Positions 7,319-16,402 of a stretch of 30,376 nt of DNA are shown piece after piece (the stretch's first letter is position 1; the number at the start of each line of letters is the position of its first letter). The DNA comes from a virus (taxonomy: Duplodnaviria; Caudoviricetes). A program made the position numbers and the translations under genes. A model generated the notes under the pieces. The model had not been told where the DNA came from. It was given only the letters and a program-made list of their open reading frames with translations, and did no database searches. The stretch is from positions 1-30,376 of IMG/VR virus record IMGVR_UViG_3300032032_001435, one strand, 5' to 3'.

Positions 7319-8413
7319 ATGAAAGTTAAATTCTTAGACTTATCTCAACAAAATAAATATATAAAGAAAAAATTAATGTCAGAATTTTCTGATATTATTG
7401 ACAATACGGCTTATGTTTCCGGAAAAAGAGTGGAAGCCTTCGAACAGGCTTTTGCAGAGTATTGTGATGCAAAATACTGTGTGGCTACAAGTAGTGGAAC
7501 CTCTGCATTACATGTAGCTCTTTCATGCTATAAGCACAAAGGTGAAGTATTAACTACCCCCAACAGCTTCATAGCTACAAGCGAAGCCATTTCCTATTGT
7601 CCAGATTTAAAACATAAGTTCGTAGATGTAAATTGGACTGGAAATATGGACTTTGAGGAAGCTGTTAAAAAAATAAATTCTAAAACACGATTCATACTCC
7701 CCACGAGTCTCTATGGCAATCCATGTGATTTATTAAGCTTAAAAGTTCTAGCAAATCATAGTAACGCTGTATTAATAAACGATGCAGCACAGGCACACGG
7801 AGCAGACCTTAATGGAAAAAAAATTGCCTCTCAAATTATGCTGACGTGCTTCAGCTTCTATCCCGGCAAAAACCTAGGAACCTGTGGAGAGGGGGGCGCT
7901 GTAGTTACTAATTCCAAACACCTTTACGAATTAATGAAGTGCTTAGTAAATCACGGACAAACCAAAAAGTACTATCACTCTTTAGTAGGATATAATTACA
8001 GAATGAGTGAGATAGAAGCCGCAGCCTTGAATATTAAACTACCTTACCTAGACGAATGGACTGACCAGAGAATCAAAGCCGCGCATAGATATAGGGTTAA
8101 TTTAGCAGAGAATGGAAAAGTCAAGATGCTACAAGTCAAAGAAAACACTCGCTGCGTCTACCACATCTTTCCCATCTTCATTAAAAACAGAAATAAAGTT
8201 CAAGCCGAGTTGCTTAAAGAGGGGGTTCAAAGCGCTCTTCATTATCCGAAGCCCATACACCTCCAAAAAGCCTATAAGCATCTAAAGCACAAAAGGGGAG
8301 ACTTTCCAGTGGCCGAGAAACAGGCGTCCATGGAATTAAGTTTACCGATGTATCCGGGAATAACCCCAAAAGAAATTGATTATGTTTGTAAAAAATTGGA
8401 AGATATTTTATGA
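7319..8413 (+). CDS. DegT/DnrJ/EryC1/StrS PLP aminotransferase (WbpE/WlbC-like)
   Basis: SGTSAL, DAAQAHGA, FSFYPGKNLG (PLP Lys), EGGAV, GYNYRM, LSLPMYP. Confidence 0.93.
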   Translation: MKVKFLDLSQQNKYIKKKLMSEFSDIIDNTAYVSGKRVEAFEQAFAEYCDAKYCVATSSGTSALHVALSCYKHKGEVLTTPNSFIATSEAISYCPDLKHKFVDVNWTGNMDFEEAVKKINSKTRFILPTSLYGNPCDLLSLKVLANHSNAVLINDAAQAHGADLNGKKIASQIMLTCFSFYPGKNLGTCGEGGAVVTNSKHLYELMKCLVNHGQTKKYYHSLVGYNYRMSEIEAAALNIKLPYLDEWTDQRIKAAHRYRVNLAENGKVKMLQVKENTRCVYHIFPIFIKNRNKVQAELLKEGVQSALHYPKPIHLQKAYKHLKHKRGDFPVAEKQASMELSLPMYPGITPKEIDYVCKKLEDIL

Positions 8414-9354
8414 AAATTAAAACTTTTGGTTATAAAGAAACTCCCGGTGGATATTTAGAAGTTCTAGAAAATGAATGGAAAAAATTAGGCCACCAAATTG
8501 TTGATGATGGTGAATATGATATTATTTTTAATATAGATAGATCGCAAATCGAACACGCAGAGGAAGAAAGAAAAAGGACGCAAAAACCTTTATACTGCTT
8601 GATACTAGATATGGGTTACAGCCATCAAAATGGTTATTTTTCAATATACGATAGCAATTTAGTAAACAATGAAAGGCCAATATATAAAAAATGCTATAAG
8701 TTAATGACCATCTCGAATGAAACTAGTCGGGTACTTAAAGAATTTACTGGATTAGATTCCGAAAATGTTGGCATACCAGCATTATCTTATGAATATCCAC
8801 TAAAAGATAATTATAAGAAAAGAAAAAGAGGAAATTATATATACTATTTTGGTAGACCTCTTGACCCGATCAAAAATATTGTTACTGTTTTACAGGCTAT
8901 AAGTGGTACAGATATTGAAATATATTTTTCTGGAGAACAGTGCCCGCCACAAATTTTTTCTTCTATCGCCCCAAATATTAAGGTAAAAAACTTTGGTTGG
9001 TTAGACAGAGCGGAAGTCAACGAGCTTATAAAAAAAGCCAGACTACTAATAGCTCCAGAACTGTATACTGGATTAGGAATGCAGCCAATTGAAGGCGCAT
9101 TAATGGGAACACCCTGCTTAAGTGCTGACATAGAAATTAAAAAAGAAATATGGGGAAATATACTTCCGATGTATGAAGCCGGCGACCCACTGGACTGTCG
9201 TATCAAAATACAAAACTTTGACTTAAGTCAGGTAGATATGAAAGAGGCCAGAAAAATAGCTTCTTGGTATTTACCAAAAAATGTTGCTAAAAGAATCCTA
9301 CTTGAAAAACTCCCAAATAAAAATGAAGATAGGATTGATAGCCTCAGCGTATAA
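8410..9354 (+). CDS. Glycosyltransferase family 4-like (GT-B)
   Basis: YFGR...KNI, FGWL...V, LIAPELYTGLGMQPIEGALMGTP. Confidence 0.8.
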   Translation: MKIKTFGYKETPGGYLEVLENEWKKLGHQIVDDGEYDIIFNIDRSQIEHAEEERKRTQKPLYCLILDMGYSHQNGYFSIYDSNLVNNERPIYKKCYKLMTISNETSRVLKEFTGLDSENVGIPALSYEYPLKDNYKKRKRGNYIYYFGRPLDPIKNIVTVLQAISGTDIEIYFSGEQCPPQIFSSIAPNIKVKNFGWLDRAEVNELIKKARLLIAPELYTGLGMQPIEGALMGTPCLSADIEIKKEIWGNILPMYEAGDPLDCRIKIQNFDLSQVDMKEARKIASWYLPKNVAKRILLEKLPNKNEDRIDSLSV

Positions 9355-10087
9355 CTGTGCCCAGTTTTTAGAGGACTGCCTAAAGCCTTGGGAAATTTTA
9401 AAAAAACAGAGCGAACACGAGTTATGCTGCAGTTTTATCCATAACTGCTTTAAAGAAAACAAAGAGCTTCACCTGCCTATCGAATCAAGTGATGGTACAG
9501 CTAAAATTTTAGAACAAAAACATGACGATGGAACAATAGACTATTATAACTTTTCAACCGAATATCTTAGAGAGCACGAAGCTAGAAATGTATGCCTAAA
9601 AAACGTACTCCAAGAAAATGTAGATTACGTATGGACATTAGGGCTGGATGAGCTTTATACTATTGATGAAATAGAAAAGATATTAGCCTTTGTAGAAGCC
9701 AATCCCTTTGTAGATTGGTTTAAAATTAATTACAAAAACTATATCTTTGATGGTAAACAGTGGGTGGATGGATTTTGTCCTCCTAGAATTTTTAAAGTAA
9801 ATACACATGCAGGATTAAAAGAATTGTATTATGATGATGATTTTATTTATACAGATGGAAGTGATTATAAAAAACTGTCTAACCTCGAAGTCCCCAAGGT
9901 AATTGCCCACGTTAAACACATGACTTGGCTTCACAGCAACGGTAAAGCTAAAGTTGAATACCAGAAATTACGCTGGGGAGACAATGGATGCAGCTATTCG
10001 TGGGAATATAAAGAGAATAAATTGAAATTTAATGAAAATTTTTATAAAATTACCAATAAACCCCTACCAATTATAAATTATGAGTGA
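9323..10087 (+). CDS. Glycosyltransferase family 2-like (GT-A)
   Basis: Start moved to ATG 9323 (MKIGLIASAYNCAQFL); SSDGT, EARN, VWTLGLDELY, PPRIF. Confidence 0.75.
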   Translation: MKIGLIASAYNCAQFLEDCLKPWEILKKQSEHELCCSFIHNCFKENKELHLPIESSDGTAKILEQKHDDGTIDYYNFSTEYLREHEARNVCLKNVLQENVDYVWTLGLDELYTIDEIEKILAFVEANPFVDWFKINYKNYIFDGKQWVDGFCPPRIFKVNTHAGLKELYYDDDFIYTDGSDYKKLSNLEVPKVIAHVKHMTWLHSNGKAKVEYQKLRWGDNGCSYSWEYKENKLKFNENFYKITNKPLPIINYE

Positions 10088-11018
10088 AAAACGTGAAATG
10101 AAGTTATGGCTTTGTGGAATAACACAAAATCGCCTTAAAGATATCGATGAAATGACCAAGGATACTCACCAATATTTTGATGGTCTTGTTTTTGTTGATG
10201 GCTATTCCAGTGATGGGACTTTTGAACTCCTTCAGGAGCGGAAGGGAAAAGGCGAAATCCTTCAGCGCAGATGGACAAATGATCACGACTTTCAAATGAA
10301 TGAGTTTTTGCGCCAAGGGCCCATGAAAAATGGGGATTGGTTTGTGACCCTAGATTCTCCCGACAGACTGGTTATAAAGTGGGTTGAGCAGCTACGAGAG
10401 GAGATAAAAGAGCTCCACAAACAAAAGGTGGGGGCTATTGCAATGGCTGGAAAAGTTTATTTAGCACAATATTTTGACCACATGTTTTATTTTCAAACCC
10501 CGCACTGGGGTTTAAATGGAATTGTAAATCAAGCAAAAAATTATTCCGAAGAAGAAAAAAAAGAATGCGTGACGAGTGTTCGTTTTGATGACCCAGTGAA
10601 TTCAGCCCTACTGCACCCCGTAAAGTATTATTATGTTTATGGTCGGTCAAATCACTGTAACTTGCTTTACCAGCAGTTTGGAAATGATGTTTTACAATTT
10701 CATGAGTCTCAGCGATTACAGTTTAGAATTTTTTGTCAAAATACCCTAGGCTTAGATTTTACACTAGATTCACTTGCAGAATATATGAAGACAACTGATT
10801 GGCCTGAGTATTTTTTAGAGGTCGTAGAGCTTGAGGTTAACCTTAAAGACCTTTATAGATATCGGGTTTTAGAACAACCCTTTGAAGAAATACTTGAAAA
10901 TCGTTTTGATTGGAGCATTAAAGAGTATTTCAAAAGCGGAGATAAAATCCAGAAAGACACCTCATACGTTGGGCCATTTAATACATACCGAGCCAAGGTC
11001 AAAGCCCTACAGGAATAA
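10080..11018 (+). CDS. Glycosyltransferase family 2-like (GT-A)
   Basis: VFVDGYSSDGTFELL, WFVTLDSPDRL, PHWGL. Confidence 0.72.
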   Translation: MSEKREMKLWLCGITQNRLKDIDEMTKDTHQYFDGLVFVDGYSSDGTFELLQERKGKGEILQRRWTNDHDFQMNEFLRQGPMKNGDWFVTLDSPDRLVIKWVEQLREEIKELHKQKVGAIAMAGKVYLAQYFDHMFYFQTPHWGLNGIVNQAKNYSEEEKKECVTSVRFDDPVNSALLHPVKYYYVYGRSNHCNLLYQQFGNDVLQFHESQRLQFRIFCQNTLGLDFTLDSLAEYMKTTDWPEYFLEVVELEVNLKDLYRYRVLEQPFEEILENRFDWSIKEYFKSGDKIQKDTSYVGPFNTYRAKVKALQE

Positions 11019-11021
11019 AAA

Positions 11022-11378
11022 ATGATTAATCTCGCAGTCAGTGAAGCTTATGCCTTCGACTACTTGTCCATCTTACAAATAAAATGTGAGATAGATCCAA
11101 AAAAGAATTTCGCAAATTACGCTGGCTGCGTGACTCGTGTCATTGATGAAGTTGATGATAACGATAAATGGAACGAGGTAATGAATTCAGTGCATTATAA
11201 AAACCTGTACGAAGCTAACAGAAAAATTTTTGAAGCGGTTGAAGACGCCAAGGAAGATGGGGTTTTAGCTAGCTATGTAGATAGGTGCAACTACGAAAGG
11301 TTTCTAGCCAAAAAAGCACTACAAGAAAAATTTTTTCCTGAAGAAAAATTTAATGAAAAAAAACTAGGATACAAATAA
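11022..11378 (+). CDS. Helical hypothetical protein, DUF6165-like
   Basis: N-terminal VSEAYAFDYLSILQIK, LYEANRKIFEAVED, NYERF..K, C-terminal EKK..Y pattern. Confidence 0.55.
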   Translation: MINLAVSEAYAFDYLSILQIKCEIDPKKNFANYAGCVTRVIDEVDDNDKWNEVMNSVHYKNLYEANRKIFEAVEDAKEDGVLASYVDRCNYERFLAKKALQEKFFPEEKFNEKKLGYK

Positions 11379-11381
11379 AAT

Positions 11382-12275
11382 ATGCCTTCAGAAAATCATG
11401 ATGAAACTGTCATAATGCGAGGCGTAGATAATGCCATGCAGATACAGCCGCCCGAGGATGGCAAGGTTGGCATTGTTAACAGTGGGGGAGGTATAGGAGA
11501 CAAGATACAATTTGCCTCTATGCCTGAAAATTATTATTATAGTTTTGGAAAAAAATTAGTAGATTTGCAGCATCTATGGGTTTACGACCACAATCCATAT
11601 GTCGAAAGAGTCGGTCCTACCAGTGGGGGAGTTATGGATGGAACGGTAAGTGTTGCAATAGACCTTTACAAAAACCAACTTTTTTTTAAAGAGGGTGATC
11701 AGCCCCGCATAGGTTTAATAAAATTCCAAGATGAAAAATCATACGTTTCTCAACCCGATAGATTTAAGCAGCTATTTAATATCTCCCGTGTTCGATTAAG
11801 ACACCCACGGCTCTACCGTTTCGAAGAGTTACAGGGGGAAAAATTGGGGATCGTTACTGTTCATACCACAGGAAAATCCGAAGGCGGGGAAATGCCTGAT
11901 CATGTTATTGATCAAATAGCTCAAAACTACAAAAGCTATTCTATCTATCAAGTAGGAGGACCAAGCGATAAAGATACCCCGTTCATAGATAGGCGCGGGT
12001 TTGGGATGTGGGAAAGTGCCCAGTTAATTGCTTCAAGTCAAATTTTTATAGGCGTAAATAGCGGGATGATGAATATAGCCCAATGCTACCCACGAGTTAA
12101 CAGGAAACTAATTCTAATAGAAAATGATATATTAAAAACAGAAGATTTTGATATTTTTAAGCCCCTCACCTATTATAAAAAGGAAGTATTTTCACATTGG
12201 GTAGATTATAATTGGCAATATTATAATATTCACGATCATGATATAGGTATAACGTATAGCTACAAGAAATTATAA
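11382..12275 (+). CDS. Glycosyltransferase family 9-like (heptosyltransferase-type GT-B)
   Basis: GGIGD, NPYV, YQVGG, LIASSQIFIGVNSGMMNIA. Confidence 0.72.
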   Translation: MPSENHDETVIMRGVDNAMQIQPPEDGKVGIVNSGGGIGDKIQFASMPENYYYSFGKKLVDLQHLWVYDHNPYVERVGPTSGGVMDGTVSVAIDLYKNQLFFKEGDQPRIGLIKFQDEKSYVSQPDRFKQLFNISRVRLRHPRLYRFEELQGEKLGIVTVHTTGKSEGGEMPDHVIDQIAQNYKSYSIYQVGGPSDKDTPFIDRRGFGMWESAQLIASSQIFIGVNSGMMNIAQCYPRVNRKLILIENDILKTEDFDIFKPLTYYKKEVFSHWVDYNWQYYNIHDHDIGITYSYKKL

Positions 12276-12276
12276 A

Positions 12277-13464
12277 ATGTTTAACTGGTTTTTAAATGAC
12301 TCCAATTTTACATGGGGAGACAGAATAAAGATATGTAAATTTTTTCTTAACCCCAAAAATCGATGGACACAAGATAAATATGTTCTCGATTATGAAGAAA
12401 AATGGAAAGAATACACGGGGGCGAAATATGCCCTCATGGTAAGCAGCGGTTCAACTGCTAACACTTTAATAGCACAATATGCGAAACATTTTAAGCCTAA
12501 CAAAAATGAAGTAATTTTCCCCTCTGTTACATGGCAGACCTCTGTAAGCCCATGGATTAATGTGGGCTTCAATCCTAAATTTATTGATATTAATTTAAAA
12601 GATTTTTCAATTGATATTGATGCTCTAGACTCCTATCTTAAAGATAATCATAAAAAAGTAAACACAGTTTTTGTGACCTCTTTAATTGGTATTACCCCCG
12701 ATATACCCCGATTAAAAACCCTATGCAATGCATATGGGGTAGATCTAAAATTAGATAATTGTGAAAATTCATTCGGAGCATATCTCGACAAGGAGGATCG
12801 TGAGTGGAAACACATTTGTTCTGAACTGACATGCTCAACATCTACCTATTTTGGGCACCAAACGACCACTGGTTCAGAAGGGGGTATGGTTTTTGCCAGT
12901 AATGAAGAAGAGTTTGTTTATTATATTCTTACGAGAAGCCACGGCTTGACTCGGGAGCTTGGAAGATACAATTTATCCAAAGATTATCGAAAGATTCTTT
13001 CCAATCGACTTGTTGACCCTCTATTTGATTTTAATTTATTGGGAAGTAACTACAGGAGTACAAACATCGCGGCCTTTATGGGTCTTTTGGATTTCGAAAG
13101 AATACATGACTATATAATTAGACGATTAGAGTTATACACCCTATATTCTTCCCATTTAGACACAAAAAAATATCTCCTCCCTACTTTTGATAGAAATAGA
13201 AGTGATGTTGGATTTTGTCTACCAATCATATCGAAAAAAAGAAAATTAAAATCAATTAAAAAATACCTCGAAGAAGAAAAAATTGAGTACCGCCCCATTA
13301 TCAGTGGAAACCTCTTAAGACATACATGCTACAAAAAATATGACAATTATAAAAAATTTAAAAATGCAGAATACCTACACAAGAACGGGGTGTATGTTGG
13401 CTTACACAGCCAAGTACAAGAAGACAAGGTGTTAAAATTAGTAGACTTTCTTAATGATTTATAA
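12277..13464 (+). CDS. ColD-like GDP-4-keto-6-deoxymannose 3-dehydratase (DegT superfamily)
   Basis: SSGSTAN, DNCE, STYFGHQ...EGGM with His at the PLP-Lys position, RSHGLTR, RPIISGNL; no Fe-S Cys motif; adjacent to gmd. Confidence 0.8.
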   Translation: MFNWFLNDSNFTWGDRIKICKFFLNPKNRWTQDKYVLDYEEKWKEYTGAKYALMVSSGSTANTLIAQYAKHFKPNKNEVIFPSVTWQTSVSPWINVGFNPKFIDINLKDFSIDIDALDSYLKDNHKKVNTVFVTSLIGITPDIPRLKTLCNAYGVDLKLDNCENSFGAYLDKEDREWKHICSELTCSTSTYFGHQTTTGSEGGMVFASNEEEFVYYILTRSHGLTRELGRYNLSKDYRKILSNRLVDPLFDFNLLGSNYRSTNIAAFMGLLDFERIHDYIIRRLELYTLYSSHLDTKKYLLPTFDRNRSDVGFCLPIISKKRKLKSIKKYLEEEKIEYRPIISGNLLRHTCYKKYDNYKKFKNAEYLHKNGVYVGLHSQVQEDKVLKLVDFLNDL

Positions 13465-13470
13465 TACAAT
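13442..13470 (+). promoter_or_regulatory. Sigma70-type promoter, probable leaderless gmd transcript
   Basis: TAGACT-17-TACAAT, ATG 6 nt downstream at 13477. Confidence 0.55.
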
Positions 13471-13476
13471 TATACG

Positions 13477-14547
13477 ATGACAAAAATTTTAGTAACAGGC
13501 GTTTTAGGGCAAGACGGAGCTAATATGGCTGAATATTTACTTCGAGAGGTTCCTGATGCAAGGGTTTATGGAATGATGCGCCGAAGTGCAAACCCAAATT
13601 TTGTAAACACCCATAATTTTAGAGACAACCCCAATTTTGAATTTATTTATGGTGACCTTGGAGACGATGTTAGCATGGACAAAATTGTAAAAGACATCCA
13701 ACCAGATTTTTTTATTAATTTTGCAGCAAATTCATTTGTGGGATGTAGCTGGGATATGCCCCTTCAAGTTATGGACACTAATGCCATCGGGGTACTTAGG
13801 TGTCTAGAGGCTATACGTAAATTTAAACCAGACTGTCGTTTTTATAGCGCTGGCAGTAGTGAAGAGTGGGGCGATGTAGATTATTCCCCCCAAGACATAA
13901 AACACCCCATCAAACCCCGAAGCCCCTATGGTGCCTCTAAGGCGGCAGCTAGACATCTTGTAAAAGTTTACCGTGAATCTCATGGTATTTTTGCTGTGCA
14001 TGGTATTCTTTTTAATCATGAAGGAACAAAGCGGGGGGAAGAGTTTGTGACAAGGAAGATTACAAAAGGGGTCGCTCGAATAAATCACGAAATTAAAAAT
14101 AATAAAAAAATATCATCCCTTCAACTAGGAAATCTAGACGCCAAAAGAGATTGGAGTGACAGCGAGGATTTTGTTGAGGGTGTCTGGCTTATGATCAACC
14201 AAAGTGAACCCAAAGATTATATTTTATCAAGCGGAGAAACTCACTCAATCAGAGAATTTGTCGAGCTTGCTTTTTCCGCCGCAGGGATTAAAGGGTACTG
14301 GGATGGGTCAGGAATAGAAGAAACTTACAATCTAGAAAATTACATAGCTGAAGAACTCAATATCCCAAATCCAGTTCTTGTTAAAATAAATAAACAATTC
14401 TTTCGCCCCGCAGAGGTTGAGTTATTACTTGGTGATTCTACCCCGATAAGAGAGGAGCTAGGGTGGACGCCTAAAGTTTCATTTGACAAACTGGTACAAA
14501 AGATGGTAGAGTTCGACCTAGATGAAAAAAAGGTCAACCAAAGCTGA
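13477..14547 (+). CDS. gmd: GDP-mannose 4,6-dehydratase
   Basis: ILVTGVLGQDG, AANSFV, PRSPYGASK, GILFNHE, EFVTRKIT, LGNLDAKRDW, FRPAEVELLLGD. Confidence 0.96.
   Translation: MTKILVTGVLGQDGANMAEYLLREVPDARVYGMMRRSANPNFVNTHNFRDNPNFEFIYGDLGDDVSMDKIVKDIQPDFFINFAANSFVGCSWDMPLQVMDTNAIGVLRCLEAIRKFKPDCRFYSAGSSEEWGDVDYSPQDIKHPIKPRSPYGASKAAARHLVKVYRESHGIFAVHGILFNHEGTKRGEEFVTRKITKGVARINHEIKNNKKISSLQLGNLDAKRDWSDSEDFVEGVWLMINQSEPKDYILSSGETHSIREFVELAFSAAGIKGYWDGSGIEETYNLENYIAEELNIPNPVLVKINKQFFRPAEVELLLGDSTPIREELGWTPKVSFDKLVQKMVEFDLDEKKVNQS
14483..14512 (+). promoter_or_regulatory. Sigma70-type promoter inside gmd 3' end, start of replication module
   Basis: TTGACA-18-TAGAGT with TG extension; ATG 9 nt downstream at 14522. 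Confidence 0.5.
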
Positions 14548-14869
14548 AGCTACTCTTACTAAATACATTGTAAGTAAATTTCTTCCTGACCTAGCACAAA
14601 GTAGATGGCCCCACGAACGAGCTATAGCTAAAAAGCTAGTTCAAAAGTATCCTGACAAAAAATTCTGGGAAACTCTACCTCCTTATCCCAAACTGTATAG
14701 CCTGTCGTGGTTCCTTAAATTTCAATCTTACTACCTAAGTGATCACAGCTTAGTTTACAAGGCTACTGAAGAAAAGGTAGTAAAAGATTATAACTTTCAA
14801 AAAGAAAAAATTGGAGAAGATTTTAAAATTGACAAAAAGCCCAAAAACACCTTAGACTTTTTTGATTAA
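14522..14869 (+). CDS. Basic hypothetical phage protein
   Basis: 115 aa ORF between gmd and recA; ends KPKNTLDFFD. Confidence 0.7.
   Translation: MKKRSTKAEATLTKYIVSKFLPDLAQSRWPHERAIAKKLVQKYPDKKFWETLPPYPKLYSLSWFLKFQSYYLSDHSLVYKATEEKVVKDYNFQKEKIGEDFKIDKKPKNTLDFFD
14829..14858 (+). promoter_or_regulatory. Sigma70-type promoter for recA-like gene
   Basis: TTGACA-18-TAGACT, 16 nt upstream of ATG 14875. Confidence 0.5.
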
Positions 14870-14874
14870 ATATT

Positions 14875-15975
14875 ATGTCACCACGTAAGAAAAAAGAAGA
14901 AGCCTCCATGGGAGGATCAGTAGATGCCCTTTATAAGCACCTAAAACAGAGCGATGACGAACACTACTCCTTTAGCGAGGCAGTGGACTACCGTGTCTCC
15001 AGTGGAAGCCTAAACCTCGACCTACAAATGGGCGGGGGATTAAATCCCGGGATTAATGTTTTTAGCGGGGTTGCAGGTGGTGGTAAAACTTCATGTGCAT
15101 TAACCTTCGCAGCTAATTTTCAAAAAGAAACTAAAAACGCATTTGTAGTTTACATTAAGGCTGAAGGAAGAATGTCAGATAGGATTATTAAATCCACAGG
15201 CATCGATACATCAAAAGACAAATGGTTTTTATATTCTGGAAATATTTTTGAAAACGTTGGAGCTTTAATAAAAAACTGCATCGACCAAAATCCCGATAAC
15301 CTAAAGTATATGTTCATCATCGATAGTATGGATGCCCTTATACTCAAGGACGATGCAGAAAAAGGCCTAGACCAAGCCGTCAAGGTCGCGGGGGGCGCGT
15401 TATTAACTTCGACATTATGTAAAAGGCTCGCGCTCAGAACCGCTCACAATGGCCATATCGCCCTATGTATTTGTCAGGTAAGAAGTAAGGTTAGTATTAA
15501 CCCCTATGCCAAAGAAGACCCAAAGCTTTCTAATAATTCGGGCGGTAACGCCCTTCAGCATTATGCTAATTGGATCTTAGAATTCCAAAGCAACCATTAC
15601 AAATCCTCTAAATTTTTTGGTAAGGACAAAGATGAGGCAATCGGGCACCTATGCAAAATCGCTATCCGCAAATCCATGACTGAGAATGTAGGAAAGGTAG
15701 TAGAGTACCCAATTAAATACAAATCTGAAAACGGAAGCGTCTGGGTAGAGCGCGAAATTATAAATCAATTAGGTGCGTGGGAGATGATAAAGAAAAGCGG
15801 CGCATGGATATCTTTCAATGAAGAAACTTTAGAAGACTTAACCGCTCAAGGTTATAATGTAGAAGAAAAATTTCAAGGAGAAGATAATCTACTTCGTTTT
15901 TTTGAAGAGAACCCTGAGGTTACTCGATATTTTTTCAACAAATTTAAAGCGACACTAGAGTCATTATTTAAATGA
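14875..15975 (+). CDS. recA: RecA/UvsX-like recombinase
   Basis: SSGSLNLDL..GGG, Walker A GVAGGGKTS, KAEG, Walker B IIDS, QVRSK, GGNALQHYA, KSGAW, QGEDN. Confidence 0.9.
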   Translation: MSPRKKKEEASMGGSVDALYKHLKQSDDEHYSFSEAVDYRVSSGSLNLDLQMGGGLNPGINVFSGVAGGGKTSCALTFAANFQKETKNAFVVYIKAEGRMSDRIIKSTGIDTSKDKWFLYSGNIFENVGALIKNCIDQNPDNLKYMFIIDSMDALILKDDAEKGLDQAVKVAGGALLTSTLCKRLALRTAHNGHIALCICQVRSKVSINPYAKEDPKLSNNSGGNALQHYANWILEFQSNHYKSSKFFGKDKDEAIGHLCKIAIRKSMTENVGKVVEYPIKYKSENGSVWVEREIINQLGAWEMIKKSGAWISFNEETLEDLTAQGYNVEEKFQGEDNLLRFFEENPEVTRYFFNKFKATLESLFK

Positions 15976-16388
15976 GACTTTTAAATATTCACGGAAAATT
16001 AGTTTACAAAAGCGTTGGAAAGAAACGCATTAAGTGGAACAAAAAAAGTCGTTCTAAATTACAAACTACAGCTAAAAACTTCCTTGCTGGAATTTGGAAA
16101 AAGCATATAGTTTTTGAGGAGTTTCCTGTTTATGGAACCCGTATGTCTGTTGACTTCTTAAACGCGACAAAAAAAATTGCAATAGAAGTTAATGGTAGGC
16201 AACACTCTGAATATGTGAAATTTTTCCATGGCTCTCGATTAAATTACTTTAACTCCATTAAAAGGGATGTTAAAAAAGCAGAGTGGCTGGAAATGAATGG
16301 GTTTACCTTAATAGAAATAGACAGGGAAGATGTAGAGCAGCTATCGGTGGAGTACATCGAAAAAGAATTTAACGTAACATTAATATAA
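15972..16388 (+). CDS. Vsr/DUF559-like endonuclease
   Basis: EEFPV, VDF, IAIEVNGRQH, RD..K..WL..NG..LIEI. Confidence 0.75.
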   Translation: MRLLNIHGKLVYKSVGKKRIKWNKKSRSKLQTTAKNFLAGIWKKHIVFEEFPVYGTRMSVDFLNATKKIAIEVNGRQHSEYVKFFHGSRLNYFNSIKRDVKKAEWLEMNGFTLIEIDREDVEQLSVEYIEKEFNVTLI

Positions 16389-16402
16389 AGAAAAAAGAAT
16401 AC

